64,000 nucleotides of DNA from SAR202 cluster bacterium (GTDB taxonomy: Bacteria > Chloroflexota > Dehalococcoidia > Lucifugimonadales > UBA826), in contig VFFS01000053.1 in NCBI GenBank assembly GCA_009392815.1, positions 7,216 to 71,215 on the forward strand, in the 5' to 3' direction. Below the pieces are notes generated by a model that saw only the letters and a list, made by a program, of their open reading frames with translations, made no database searches and was not told the origin of the DNA. The position numbers and the translations under genes were made by a program. Below, one piece after another: positions 36,389 to 46,111 of the stretch; the first letter of the stretch is position 1; each line of letters starts with the position of its first letter.

Positions 36389-36823
36389 TTAAAAGAATTT
36401 TAGCGGAGGCCAAATTCGCAAACGGGCGATTTCCGTTATCTTGGAAATATGTATAGGGCCAAGTGTCCTGCTGTCGACTACGTTAGGAAAATTTCTAAAG
36501 TCGCTAAGTAAAAAGATATGTCCCTCAGGAATATTCCAGGTAAATTGTTCTAGGCCTTGGGATTTGGGCAGATTACCAATGTAAGGTTCAGATAATGGTG
36601 ACCCGTTGATATGAATTTGACCAAAATGAACTTCCAGAGTTTCGTTTTGGAGTCCAATAATTCGCTTAATAGAAAGTTTTTCTGGTTCAAAACCAAGTCT
36701 CACTAAAACGACTTGACCTCTTTTTAGTTCTTTTTCATTGGTCACTAAACTGGTTATCACGAGATCATTATTTCTTAAAGTTGGTTCCATACTGCGATTA
36801 TTTATTCTGGCTATTCTTATCAT
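36389..36823 (-). CDS. sodX: Ni-SOD maturation endopeptidase (S26 signal-peptidase-like) SodX
   Basis: 144 aa, soluble. SMEPTL (Ser nucleophile) and KRIIGLQNETLEV (general-base Lys) S26 motifs. Divergently adjacent to sodN. Confidence 0.8.
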   Translation of the reverse strand: MIRIARINNRSMEPTLRNNDLVITSLVTNEKELKRGQVVLVRLGFEPEKLSIKRIIGLQNETLEVHFGQIHINGSPLSEPYIGNLPKSQGLEQFTWNIPEGHIFLLSDFRNFPNVVDSRTLGPIHISKITEIARLRIWPPLKFF

Positions 36824-36983
36824 GCAATTATGTTAACTCAGTATGAACAGTCATAAGTTACAGATATTTGAGACCCTGTCTTGCAGTGCGGTCACTAATT
36901 CCTGTATCTTTTCAGGAGAGGTCCTCGTGACCTTTGAAAAGAAGAAATATCTTGCAACAGATGTTAATAAAGGAAGGACCTAT

Positions 36984-37439
36984 ATGAGTATTGTTACTAC
37001 GATCAAGAAATTTGTAAATATTGTGGATGTTAGTGCCCACTGCGATATTCCTTGCGGAATATACGATCCTATTACAGCAAAAATAGGGGCACAGACAGTT
37101 CTTAAGATGGCAGTCCGAATCGAGGCTTTAGATTCCTGCGAGGATGTAAATACTTTTTCCAGATATGTAGCTGTAAAAGAAGAACATGCTCAGGCTGTCA
37201 AGAATGAATTGAATATACTGTGGTCAGACTATTTCAAGCCTGAACATCTTGCCGATTATCCTAATCTTCACGAACTGTTTTGGAATGCCAATAAACTAGC
37301 AGGCGCGAATAAACAGGGTGTGAGTTCGGAATCAGCTCAACAATTAGTTGATGCTGTAGATGAGATTGCAAAAATATTTTGGGCTTCGAAAGGCGTCGAT
37401 TATAGCGATCCAAATGCTTCTGTTCGATATGGGGCATAG
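36984..37439 (+). CDS. sodN: Nickel-containing superoxide dismutase precursor
   Basis: Ni-hook HCDIPCGIYDP preceded by the 18-aa propeptide MSIVTTIKKFVNIVDVSA. AAGGAAGGA RBS before the ATG at 36984. The track ORF (36843) is an upstream extension. Confidence 0.9.
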   Translation: MSIVTTIKKFVNIVDVSAHCDIPCGIYDPITAKIGAQTVLKMAVRIEALDSCEDVNTFSRYVAVKEEHAQAVKNELNILWSDYFKPEHLADYPNLHELFWNANKLAGANKQGVSSESAQQLVDAVDEIAKIFWASKGVDYSDPNASVRYGA

Positions 37440-37450
37440 GCACCGTATGT

Positions 37451-37484
37451 AAAAAAAGGGGCGTCATGAGGCGCCCCTTTTTTT
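37451..37484. terminator. Bidirectional intrinsic terminator between convergent sodN and cupin genes
   Basis: AAAAAAA-GGGGCG-loop-CGCCCC-TTTTTTT. A perfect 6-bp GC stem flanked by A- and T-runs. Confidence 0.7.
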
Positions 37485-37494
37485 AATTGCGTAA

Positions 37495-37821
37495 CTATTT
37501 GTAGTCCTCCCTGGGTGGACTGAATATATCAAGGGCCTTCGCAGGAGAATCGCCTACATTAACCTGGTGGTCGACTCCTCCTGGGATGATGTAATACTCC
37601 CCAGCTGACACAATTTTCTTCTGATCGCCTATCGTGAACTCAAAAGATCCCTCAAGGACCATACCCGCTTGTTCGTTGGAGTGTGAATGGAGAGGCACTT
37701 CTGAATTTGGATCCATTTCTACAAGGCTCATCATAATATTTTCACCCCACATGGTTTTGATTGTTACTCCAGGGGCAAGGTCTCTAGCTCGAACATTTTG
37801 GGAGTTATAGAAATATTCCAT
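37495..37821 (-). CDS. Cupin domain protein
   Basis: 108 aa. Cupin motifs PLHSHSNEQAGMVLEG and IIPGGVDHQV. Confidence 0.75.
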   Translation of the reverse strand: MEYFYNSQNVRARDLAPGVTIKTMWGENIMMSLVEMDPNSEVPLHSHSNEQAGMVLEGSFEFTIGDQKKIVSAGEYYIIPGGVDHQVNVGDSPAKALDIFSPPREDYK

Positions 37822-37831
37822 TATTACCTCT

Positions 37832-38761
37832 TTATTCCGCCGATCTGGCTGCCAAAGTATTTGGCAAAGATAAGCAGGATGTTATTACGTCGTTTATAGG
37901 GGTAGAAATGTTGTGAATTCTCCCCATCTGGCTTACAGCTCCATTGATGACATTAACCTCCAGCGGACGACCGGATAGCAAATCCTGATGCATTGATGAG
38001 ACAAGTTCTGATTTGTGCAACATGAAATCAGCCATTGTTGTCTCCACTACATCTGATGGCAAATTGATTCCTTCTGCGTCAGCTACTGCTTTTGTTTCAG
38101 ACATTACTTTGATAGCGAGAGCATGTGTTTGTGGATTATCTAAAACTTGTTCAAATCTAGCCCTAACAAGACATGTCATACCACTCAAGGCCGTGATGAA
38201 AACTAACTTTTTCCATAGTGCTGACATTATGTCCGTTGATACTTCGTGGTCTATATTCGAACTTTTCAGTAGCTCACTTACCATGTTTGTTTTTGGAGTG
38301 CTAATGCCTAGTTTGTTTCCCAGAGCTATGCGACAACCCCCTCCATGCTCTTCAGTAATGCCAGGATTTCCTCTTGATGCCTCGATATATGCCGCCCCTA
38401 AAAGAACTCTTTCCTCCCCAAAACGATTTGATAAGAAATCCCCACTGCCTATTCCGTTTTGTAGTGTGAGGACTGCAGTTTCTGGTCCCACAGCAGGAGC
38501 TATAACGTCGCAAGCTGATTCGTTATGGTATGCCTTCACACAGTAAAGTACGACGTCTGCCACATAGCCTTCTTCAGGCTGGGCTACTGCAGTTGCACGG
38601 GATATGAAATTTCCTGAAGTCTTACTCTCCACTTTCAGTCCTTTTTCCTGAATGGCTTTCAAATGTTCATTGCGAGCAATGAGAACGACATCGTGTTTTT
38701 CAGCTATAACGGAGCCGAAGTATCCTCCGACTGCACCGGCGGCCATTACCAGAACATTCAT
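37832..38761 (-). CDS. panE: 2-dehydropantoate 2-reductase (ketopantoate reductase, ApbA/PanE family)
   Basis: MNVLVMAAGAVGGYFG Rossmann N-terminus, CVKAY, and a C-terminal ApbA_C-like segment SMHQDLLSGRPLEV. Confidence 0.8.
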   Translation of the reverse strand: MNVLVMAAGAVGGYFGSVIAEKHDVVLIARNEHLKAIQEKGLKVESKTSGNFISRATAVAQPEEGYVADVVLYCVKAYHNESACDVIAPAVGPETAVLTLQNGIGSGDFLSNRFGEERVLLGAAYIEASRGNPGITEEHGGGCRIALGNKLGISTPKTNMVSELLKSSNIDHEVSTDIMSALWKKLVFITALSGMTCLVRARFEQVLDNPQTHALAIKVMSETKAVADAEGINLPSDVVETTMADFMLHKSELVSSMHQDLLSGRPLEVNVINGAVSQMGRIHNISTPINDVITSCLSLPNTLAARSAE

Positions 38762-38912
38762 GTGAATTCCCTTTCAAAGAACTGTAATTTTTTGATAGTT
38801 TAATGGTAACTCTGATAGCAATCAAAATTGTAATTAAATTATTATGTTAGACTGCTGCGTGCTTGGCTCAGTCGCCTGAATTTCTAATATTTTCTGACTA
38901 CGGAGGATCCAA

Positions 38913-40046
38913 ATGAAGTTTGGTTTGCTTTATGAGATGCAGAGACCGCACGATAACTATACGGTGGATTACACATCGTTGATAAACGAAACAATTGAGC
39001 AGTGTCAGTTAGCTGACGAAATGGGATTTGATCATCTCTGGTTTGTTGAACACCATTTTTTAACCACATTTGCCGGGTCATCGGCTCCGGAAGTAATTAT
39101 TTCTGCTCTATCTCGGTTGACCAAAAATATAAGGATTGGATTTGGAGTGGTAGTTCTTCCAAATCATCACCCGGTTCAGGTTGCTGAGAGACTATCGATG
39201 GTTGACCATTTATCTGGTGGGAGGGTGGAATTCGGTGTCGGGAGAAGCAGCCCTTATGAACAAATGGGTCTGGGCATAGACCCACGTGACACTCGTGACA
39301 TTATGGAGGAATCTCTAAATATTGTTCCTAAAATATGGCAAACTCCAGGCCTATTTGAATGGAAAGGGAAACATTTTGATATACCACAGCGAGAAATACT
39401 TCCCAAACCTAAGCAGGATCCACATCCTCCCATTTGGATGGCTTGTACCCAGCCCAGCAGCTATGAAATGGCAGCGGACAAAGGTATTGGTGTTCTTTCT
39501 TTTGGTTCGGGAGCTCCCGCAGGGATGAAAGATCATATAGATGCTTATAGGGAAAATATAAAAAAAGCCAATCCTGTGGGCGGATTTGTTAATAACCAGT
39601 GGGCTAATTTCACATTAGGTCATTGTGGTGATGATGATACTGAGGCAGTCGAGACGGGAGCACAGGCCATTAAGGAGTTTTTTGGACCTAATCGGCCATA
39701 TACAGCCGATAGACAGGACGTATATGAAAACTTATTAGAGTCCTGGGGTGGAGTCCCTGATCATCTTGAAGCCAGTTTTTCCAGATTTCTTGGAGAAGGG
39801 GAACAGGATCTAGGAGGTGGTGGAGCACCTCGTGCCATGCTAGGAGAACTGCCGGCGGAATTACTAGCTGATAGAGGAGTTATAGTCGCTGGGAATCCAG
39901 ATCGATGCATAGAATCAGCTAAACGCCATCAAGAAATCGGGGTGGATCAGCTGTTGTTGATAATGCAATCTGATCAAGTTCCGCATAAAAAAGTTATGCG
40001 TTCAATAGAACTATTTGGAAAAGAAGTTATACCAGCTTTTAAGTAA
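38913..40046 (+). CDS. LLM-class flavin/F420-dependent oxidoreductase (luciferase-like monooxygenase)
   Basis: MKFGLLYEMQRP..., FDHLWFVEHHF, RVEFGVGRS: bacterial luciferase-like family. 377 aa. Confidence 0.8.
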   Translation: MKFGLLYEMQRPHDNYTVDYTSLINETIEQCQLADEMGFDHLWFVEHHFLTTFAGSSAPEVIISALSRLTKNIRIGFGVVVLPNHHPVQVAERLSMVDHLSGGRVEFGVGRSSPYEQMGLGIDPRDTRDIMEESLNIVPKIWQTPGLFEWKGKHFDIPQREILPKPKQDPHPPIWMACTQPSSYEMAADKGIGVLSFGSGAPAGMKDHIDAYRENIKKANPVGGFVNNQWANFTLGHCGDDDTEAVETGAQAIKEFFGPNRPYTADRQDVYENLLESWGGVPDHLEASFSRFLGEGEQDLGGGGAPRAMLGELPAELLADRGVIVAGNPDRCIESAKRHQEIGVDQLLLIMQSDQVPHKKVMRSIELFGKEVIPAFK

Positions 40047-40179
40047 GGCGGCTGTGCCTAATTACAGCAATTGTAATAAATCAGATTAAAACCTTTTCAT
40101 TGGCTGTAATTTGACATGGCGTTTTCCAAACTGAGATATAATGTTAGTGATTAGTCAATTTAATATGTATTTATATGCT

Positions 40180-40446
40180 GTGACCAGGAAGTAGTACCCA
40201 TCCAGCGATACTCAGAGAGCCGGGTAAGGTGAGAGCCGGTGTATTTGCAGAGGGGGAATGGAACCTGAGAGCTTCCTTCACATGACTTTTACGCTTTGTA
40301 AAGTCTGTGTCAAGGACGGACAGGCACCGTTATCATAGTCGGAAATTACAAATAATTTCAGTGAGTGCTCTTGGGGCGCAGGCCTCAGGGAATTAGGGTG
40401 GCACCGCGGTTATCACCGCCCCTTGTTGATGGGGGCGGTTTTTTTA
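40180..40446 (+). promoter_or_regulatory. T-box riboswitch leader, Trp specifier (UGG), with intrinsic terminator
   Basis: Stem I: AGAGAG (40214-19) and distal GGTGAGAG. Specifier GAA-TGG-A (TGG at 40259-61). T-box sequence AATTAGGGTGGCACCGCGG (40391-40409). Terminator ACCGCCCC/GGGGCGGT plus a T-run (40415-40446). Confidence 0.85.
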
Positions 40447-40496
40447 TTTATCGAAAATCGCGTGGTGAACCCAGGAGACTTAATTAGGAGACTTAA

Positions 40497-41501
40497 GTGA
40501 CTGACAAGAAAATAGTATTTAGTGGAGTTCAACCCAGTGGAGATCCTCAGTTGGGGAATTATCTTGGCGCATTTAAAGGCTGGGTGCAGAGACAAACTGA
40601 GAAGACCAATTACTTTTGTGTCGTTGATTTGCACGCACTGACCGTTACCCCAGATCCTGAGGATCTACGGACCCAAACTCGTGAACTAGCTGCCATATTG
40701 TTTGCTTCAGGGATAGATCCTTATCAAAGTACCCTTTTTGTTCAGAGCCATGTGACGGCCCATGCTGAAAGTTGCTGGCTATTGAATTGCGTTACTCCTA
40801 TTGGATGGCTGGAGAGGATGACTCAATTCAAGGACAAATCCCAGGGTCAGGAGAGGGTATCTACAGGCTTACTGGATTATCCTGTTCTTATGGCGGGGGA
40901 CATAATTTTATATGATGCCAACGAGGTTCCCGTAGGTGAGGATCAAAAGCAACATGTAGAGTTGGCCAGAGATATTGCCGCGAGGTTTAATAGGATTTAT
41001 GGGGACTTATTTGTGATCCCGGAACCTGTGATTCCAGAAACTGGAGGACGGGTAATGGGTCTTAATGATCCTACAATTAAGATGTCTAAAAGTTATTCTC
41101 ATATTAGAGGTCATGCCATTCGCATGTTGGATGAACCTGATGAGATTCAACGTTCATTTATGAGGGCAGTCACCGATTCGGGAAACGAAATTAGATTCTC
41201 TGATGATGTTGAGAAATCAGGGGTCAACAATCTGTTGGGAATATATAAAGTAATAACTGGGAAGTCGGAATCTGAAGTGGAAAAAGATTTTGAAGATGCC
41301 CGCGGATATGGAGATCTGAAAAAGGCGGTTGCAGAGGTAGTAATTGATGAATTAAGCCCAATAAAGGAAAAATATCAGGAACTTATGTCTGATGTAGTTG
41401 AGCTGGACCGATTACTTAAGGTAGGTGCGGAACAAGCTGAATCGGTGGCACTGCCAAAACTGTCACAGATGAAGGAAAAAATGGGACTTATACTTTCCTG
41501 A
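40497..41501 (+). CDS. trpS: Tryptophan--tRNA ligase
   Basis: SGVQPSGDPQLGNYLGAFKGW (HIGH-region equivalent), VVDLHALT, KMSKS. GTG start after an AGGAG RBS. Confidence 0.93.
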   Translation: MTDKKIVFSGVQPSGDPQLGNYLGAFKGWVQRQTEKTNYFCVVDLHALTVTPDPEDLRTQTRELAAILFASGIDPYQSTLFVQSHVTAHAESCWLLNCVTPIGWLERMTQFKDKSQGQERVSTGLLDYPVLMAGDIILYDANEVPVGEDQKQHVELARDIAARFNRIYGDLFVIPEPVIPETGGRVMGLNDPTIKMSKSYSHIRGHAIRMLDEPDEIQRSFMRAVTDSGNEIRFSDDVEKSGVNNLLGIYKVITGKSESEVEKDFEDARGYGDLKKAVAEVVIDELSPIKEKYQELMSDVVELDRLLKVGAEQAESVALPKLSQMKEKMGLILS

Positions 41502-41524
41502 ATGAGGTTCTAAAGAAACTAAGT

Positions 41525-42979
41525 ATGTACTATCCAACGTTACTAGAAGCAAAACAGATGTCAGATCAAGGAAATCTTCTACCTATATACAAGGAGATAG
41601 ATGCTGACTTGGAGACACCGGTATCGGCGTATCTCAAGGTTGCCAAGCCGCCATACTCTTTTTTATTAGAAAGCGTAGAAGGGGGAGAGCATTTGGCCCG
41701 CTATAGCTTTATCGGTACAGAACCTGAGGAAGTTATAAAGACAGGTCCTGGACAGAAAGACGGTGAAGTGGATCCATTGGCTCTTGTCGAGAATATGTTG
41801 AACAAATACAAGTTGATTGAAACCACTAATCTTCCCAGATTTGGAGGGGGAGCCGTAGGTTATCTTTCATATGAGGCTGTGAGATATTTCGAAAAATTAC
41901 CATCACCCTCAAATGATCCTTTAAACATTCCCGAATCTATAATGATGCTTACCAAGACGTTTTTGGTATTTGATCACGTCCGTCACAAGATACAAGTTGT
42001 GAGTCATGCTCACCTAGATACAGGAGTGGAAGCTGCATACAAAGAGGCAATAAACAGAATTGATGCTGTAGTTGACAGGTTAAATCAACCTTTGGACCCA
42101 GCGGCCATTCCGAGGTCTTCAAATTATCCTTCTAATAATATTGGCTCTAATATGAGCCCTGAGCATCATAGATTCATGGTAAATAAATCCAAGGATTACG
42201 TTGTTGATGGTGACGTGATACAAGTAGTTGTATCTCAGAGGTTTTCGAGGTCTACTTCAGCCCATCCTTTTCAAATATACAGGTCGTTGAGGGCGATCAA
42301 TCCTTCACCTTACATGTATTATCTTGAACTTGATGGATTCCAAATTGTAGGGGCATCTCCTGAGATGCTTGTACAAGTGGAAAACGGGGTTGTTGCAACC
42401 CATCCTATTGCTGGAACCCGCCCTCGTTCAGAGGATGAGGAAGAAGACAAAAGACTAGAGCAGGAATTAAGAACGGATGAAAAAGAACGAGCAGAACACA
42501 TCATGCTACTTGATCTTGGTAGAAATGATATTGGCAGAGTAAGTGAACCTGGGACGGTGGTGCCATCAGGAATTCTTGAAGTGGAAAGATACTCACACGT
42601 TATGCACTTGGTTTCTCATGTTGAAGGAAGACTTAAAGAAGGATTCTCAAATTATGATGCTCTCAGGGCATGTTTCCCAGCTGGCACTGTGTCAGGTGCG
42701 CCCAAGATAAGAGCAATGGAAATAATCGCAGAACTGGAAGATGATCGGAGAGGCCCATACGCGGGCGCAATCGGCTATTTTGATTTTAAGGGAAATATGG
42801 ACACCTGCATAACAATCAGAACTCTAGTCATGAAGGATGGGGTTGCCCATGTACAGGCTGGAGGAGGTATTGTTTATGATAGTGATCCTTCGGCTGAGTT
42901 TGATGAGACTATTCATAAGGCAAGTGCTGTAATGAGAGCGATAGAGGCTGCCGAATTAGCCTTGGAGAGTTTATCTTGA
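41525..42979 (+). CDS. trpE: Anthranilate synthase component I
   Basis: 484 aa. [41 protein letters not shown] and [10 protein letters not shown] motifs. Confidence 0.93.
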   Translation: MYYPTLLEAKQMSDQGNLLPIYKEIDADLETPVSAYLKVAKPPYSFLLESVEGGEHLARYSFIGTEPEEVIKTGPGQKDGEVDPLALVENMLNKYKLIETTNLPRFGGGAVGYLSYEAVRYFEKLPSPSNDPLNIPESIMMLTKTFLVFDHVRHKIQVVSHAHLDTGVEAAYKEAINRIDAVVDRLNQPLDPAAIPRSSNYPSNNIGSNMSPEHHRFMVNKSKDYVVDGDVIQVVVSQRFSRSTSAHPFQIYRSLRAINPSPYMYYLELDGFQIVGASPEMLVQVENGVVATHPIAGTRPRSEDEEEDKRLEQELRTDEKERAEHIMLLDLGRNDIGRVSEPGTVVPSGILEVERYSHVMHLVSHVEGRLKEGFSNYDALRACFPAGTVSGAPKIRAMEIIAELEDDRRGPYAGAIGYFDFKGNMDTCITIRTLVMKDGVAHVQAGGGIVYDSDPSAEFDETIHKASAVMRAIEAAELALESLS

Positions 42980-43545
42980 TCCTTTTGATAGATAATTATG
43001 ACAGTTTCACTTACAACCTGTATCAGTACCTTTGTGAGCTGGGAGGCGATGTTGAAGTAGTTCGTAATGACCAGATAACCCTGGCTGAAATAGAAGATAA
43101 AAAACCTGAGAAAATAGTTATCTCGCCGGGGCCTTGCACTCCAGATAAAGCTGGAATATCAAATGACATAATAGAGGCATTTGGTTCTAAAGTTCCAACC
43201 CTTGGGGTTTGTTTGGGACATCAGTGTGTTGGTCAGACATATGGAGGGACCGTGGGCGGAGCAGGTGAGATCATGCATGGGAAGATCTCCCTTATTTATC
43301 ATGATGGGAAAGGTGTGTTTTCCGGTATTCCTAGCCCATTTGAAGCCATTCGTTACCATTCACTTGCTGTTTACAGGGATGATTTGCCCGAAGAATTGGA
43401 AGTTACGGCGTGGACTGAAAATGGATTGATTATGGGAGTGAGACATAAGACTCATCCTGTCGAGGGGATACAATTTCATCCTGAGTCCATTATGACTCAC
43501 GTCGGTAAAGATATCCTTTCCAATTTTCTCAATCAGCAATACTAG
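42976..43545 (+). CDS. trpG: Anthranilate synthase component II (glutamine amidotransferase)
   Basis: (M)[25 protein letters not shown] (catalytic Cys), IQFHPES. TTG start, overlaps trpE by 4 nt. Confidence 0.92.
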   Translation: MILLIDNYDSFTYNLYQYLCELGGDVEVVRNDQITLAEIEDKKPEKIVISPGPCTPDKAGISNDIIEAFGSKVPTLGVCLGHQCVGQTYGGTVGGAGEIMHGKISLIYHDGKGVFSGIPSPFEAIRYHSLAVYRDDLPEELEVTAWTENGLIMGVRHKTHPVEGIQFHPESIMTHVGKDILSNFLNQQY

Positions 43546-43553
43546 GGGAACTA

Positions 43554-44567
43554 ATGATTCAGGAACTGATTCAAAAACTTGTAGACGGGTTAACCCTTAG
43601 TTTCGATGAGTCTGTGCAGGCAATGAATCAAATAATGGAAGGGGAGGCCACTCCAGCCCAGTTTGGGGCTTTTGTCACGGCTCTCAGATTAAAAGGAGAA
43701 ACGGTCGATGAGGTCGCAGGCATGGCATCAGTTATGCGTGAAAAATCTCTCCAAGTAAATACATCTGGTAATTTGGTTGATACGTGTGGAACGGGTGGAG
43801 ATAGTTCTGGAACTTTCAATGTATCTACTGCATCTGCATTTGTGGCTGCAGGGGCGGGCGCAAAGGTTGCCAAGCACGGAAACAGGGCTATGTCTGGGAA
43901 AACAGGGAGCGCAGATGTTTTGGAGGCCCTTGGTGCGAATATATCACTATCTCCGGAGTCTGTTGAAAAATGTATTGAGCAAACAGGATTTGGATTTATG
44001 TTTGCGCAGGGATTTCACCCTTCGATGAGATTTGCGGCTTCTCCAAGAAGGGAAATTGGAATAAGGACCGTGTTTAATATTCTTGGGCCTTTAACCAATC
44101 CCGCTGGTGCTTCGAATCAGGTAGTGGGAGTATCAGATCTTTCTACAGGAGAGATAATGGTACGGTCATTGGCTCGGCTGGGAAGCAAGAAGGCCTTGGT
44201 GGTACATGGTGCAGATGGACTTGATGAGATAACCATATCTGGGCCCTCTACAATTTGGTTTTTGGCAAATGGATTTATCACTAAGTCAGAGGTTTCTCCA
44301 GATCAGTTTGGGATAGGAGTCAGTCCAATTGCGGATATAAAGGCTTTAAATCCATCTGAAAGTGCGGAGATTATTAAGGATGTTGTTGACGGTGGGACGG
44401 GTGGAGCTCAAGACATCGTTGTGCTGAATACTTCCGCGACTTTGGTCTCTTGCGGAATAGCGGACGATTTAGAAGATGGAATTGAGCTTGCTAAGGAATC
44501 TATAGTGTCTGGGAGGGCGGCCTCATGTTTAAATGCGTATGTTTCCCTCAGTAAATCTCTTAACTGA
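43554..44567 (+). CDS. trpD: Anthranilate phosphoribosyltransferase
   Basis: DTCGTGGDSSGTFNVSTASAFV, KHGNRAMSGKTGSADVLEALG, FNILGPLTNPA. Confidence 0.92.
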   Translation: MIQELIQKLVDGLTLSFDESVQAMNQIMEGEATPAQFGAFVTALRLKGETVDEVAGMASVMREKSLQVNTSGNLVDTCGTGGDSSGTFNVSTASAFVAAGAGAKVAKHGNRAMSGKTGSADVLEALGANISLSPESVEKCIEQTGFGFMFAQGFHPSMRFAASPRREIGIRTVFNILGPLTNPAGASNQVVGVSDLSTGEIMVRSLARLGSKKALVVHGADGLDEITISGPSTIWFLANGFITKSEVSPDQFGIGVSPIADIKALNPSESAEIIKDVVDGGTGGAQDIVVLNTSATLVSCGIADDLEDGIELAKESIVSGRAASCLNAYVSLSKSLN

Positions 44568-44587
44568 AATCGAATAGTTGCTTACTT

Positions 44588-45388
44588 ATGACTTCTCCTG
44601 AAATACCAGATATTCTCAAAGAAATAATTGATGTCAAAAGAGAGCGACTACTCGAAAGGAAGAAGACATACAGTATTTCTAAAATTAAAGATTTAATACT
44701 TGATACCCCATACCCGTTAAATTTTGCCGGAAGACTGATGGGAAGTTCTGTAAGGATAATCGCGGAAATAAAAAAAGCATCACCGTCAAAAGGAATATTC
44801 AGGGAGGATTTAGATATCCTCGATTTAGCAGTCAAATATGCCGAGAATGATGTGGCTGCTGTCTCTGTCTTAACGAATGAAGATCATTTTCACGGTTCGA
44901 TCGATGATATGAATGCCGTGAGTGACATAGTCCATCCATATGGAATACCTGTTTTGCGAAAGGAATTCATTTTCGATCCTTACCAGATATATGAAGCGAG
45001 GGCTTTTGGAGCTGATGCGATACTTCTGATTGTGTCCATGCTAGATCGCAGTCAAATCAAAGAATTTATGGAATTGGCGTCCTCATTGTGGATTCAATGT
45101 CTGATAGAGGTACACGATGAGGAGGAACTCCATATTGCTATCGACTGTGGCGCGGATATTATCGGTGTCAACAATCGCGACCTAAAAACGTTCGAAACCA
45201 CCCTTGAAACTACAGAAACCCTCGCCCCTCTTGTACCTCCCGGCACAATAATTGTTAGTGAGAGCGGAATTTCAAACAGGGGCGATGTCGACAGGGTTAT
45301 GGCCTCAGGAGCTGGCGCAATATTAGTTGGAGAATCTCTTGTAAGGTCTTCTGATCCCTCAGGCCAATTAAGGGAGTTGAGGTCTTAG
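44588..45388 (+). CDS. trpC: Indole-3-glycerol phosphate synthase
   Basis: IIAEIKKASPSKG, VSVLTNEDHFHGS, LRKEFIFDPYQI, EVHDEEEL, GVNNRDLKTF. Confidence 0.9.
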   Translation: MTSPEIPDILKEIIDVKRERLLERKKTYSISKIKDLILDTPYPLNFAGRLMGSSVRIIAEIKKASPSKGIFREDLDILDLAVKYAENDVAAVSVLTNEDHFHGSIDDMNAVSDIVHPYGIPVLRKEFIFDPYQIYEARAFGADAILLIVSMLDRSQIKEFMELASSLWIQCLIEVHDEEELHIAIDCGADIIGVNNRDLKTFETTLETTETLAPLVPPGTIIVSESGISNRGDVDRVMASGAGAILVGESLVRSSDPSGQLRELRS

Positions 45389-45390
45389 CT

Positions 45391-46050
45391 TTGAGTAAAT
45401 TTAAGATATGTGGGCTTCGAGATCTGAAAAACGTAGTTCTTGCAAGTAACTGTGGGGCTGAAATGTTGGGATTCGTGTTTGTTAGTGGAGTCCGAAGGGA
45501 AATATCCGTTCAGACAGCCAGAAAAATTATCCGGGAATATAGAGAGTTGGTTGGGTCCAATGGATCTGATCTCGTCGGGCTTTTCGCCAATCAGTCTGTA
45601 AATTTTGTCAACGAGGTAGTAGAGACCTGCGGTTTGGATTATGTGCAGCTTTGTGGCGAGGAATCACCCGAATATTGGGATAAGGTAAATGGTGGCGTGA
45701 TTCGACAGGTTAAAGTTCCAATAGGACAAGACCTTGAAGTTACTATTAGCAAAACCCTTTCGGAAGTAGATGTTGTTTTGGAAAGTGGCGCTATTCCAAT
45801 CCTTGATAGGAAGGAGAAAGGGCATCTAGGCGGAACAGGCAAAAGTTTCAACTGGGATGTTGCCGCAAATATTCCCGATGGTAATAAATTTATACTCGCC
45901 GGAGGTCTCACTCCTTCAAATGTAGCTGAGGCTATTGATGTGGCAAATCCGTGGATGGTTGATGTGTCCACTGGAGTGGAAACTGAAGGAGAAAAAGACC
46001 AATATAAAATAGAGATTTTCTCGAGCGCAGTTAAGGCAATAGGTAATTGA
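45391..46050 (+). CDS. trpF: Phosphoribosylanthranilate isomerase
   Basis: KICGLRDLKN...GFVF...VQLCGEES...GGTGKSFNW...LAGGLTPSNV. TTG start. Confidence 0.88.
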   Translation: MSKFKICGLRDLKNVVLASNCGAEMLGFVFVSGVRREISVQTARKIIREYRELVGSNGSDLVGLFANQSVNFVNEVVETCGLDYVQLCGEESPEYWDKVNGGVIRQVKVPIGQDLEVTISKTLSEVDVVLESGAIPILDRKEKGHLGGTGKSFNWDVAANIPDGNKFILAGGLTPSNVAEAIDVANPWMVDVSTGVETEGEKDQYKIEIFSSAVKAIGN

Positions 46051-46083
46051 TTCTTGACACAGTTCAAAGGGTTTTATAGTCTC

Positions 46084-46108
46084 TGATCTCCAAACCTAAA
46101 GGAGATCA
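46084..46108 (+). promoter_or_regulatory. Hairpin sequestering the Shine-Dalgarno of the VOC gene
   Basis: TGATCTCC (46084-91) pairs perfectly with GGAGATCA (46101-08), with a 9-nt loop. The 3' arm contains the GGAG RBS, 4 nt before the ATG at 46112. Confidence 0.35.
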
Positions 46109-46111
46109 AAA

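Noticed and set aside
38013-38546. 177-aa plus-strand ORF, with similar long antisense ORFs at 4996-5511, 48378-48803, 45639-46067 and 63095-63433
   Set aside because: Each lies fully inside, and antisense to, a gene with strong family motifs (panE, M50 protease, coaBC, trpF, nusA). They have no RBS context or recognisable domains.
40111-40142. Exact TTGACA and TATAAT hexamers upstream of the T-box leader
   Set aside because: The position is attractive for a trpS promoter, since the implied TSS near 40150 would give a leader of roughly 300 nt. However, the spacer between the hexamers is 20 nt by my count, outside the 16-18 nt functional range. I therefore did not call it as a feature. TSS mapping is needed.
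40413-40634. 73-aa minus-strand ORF spanning the T-box terminator and the trpS start
   Set aside because: It overlaps the T-box terminator and the conserved N-terminus of TrpRS on the other strand. It has no motifs.
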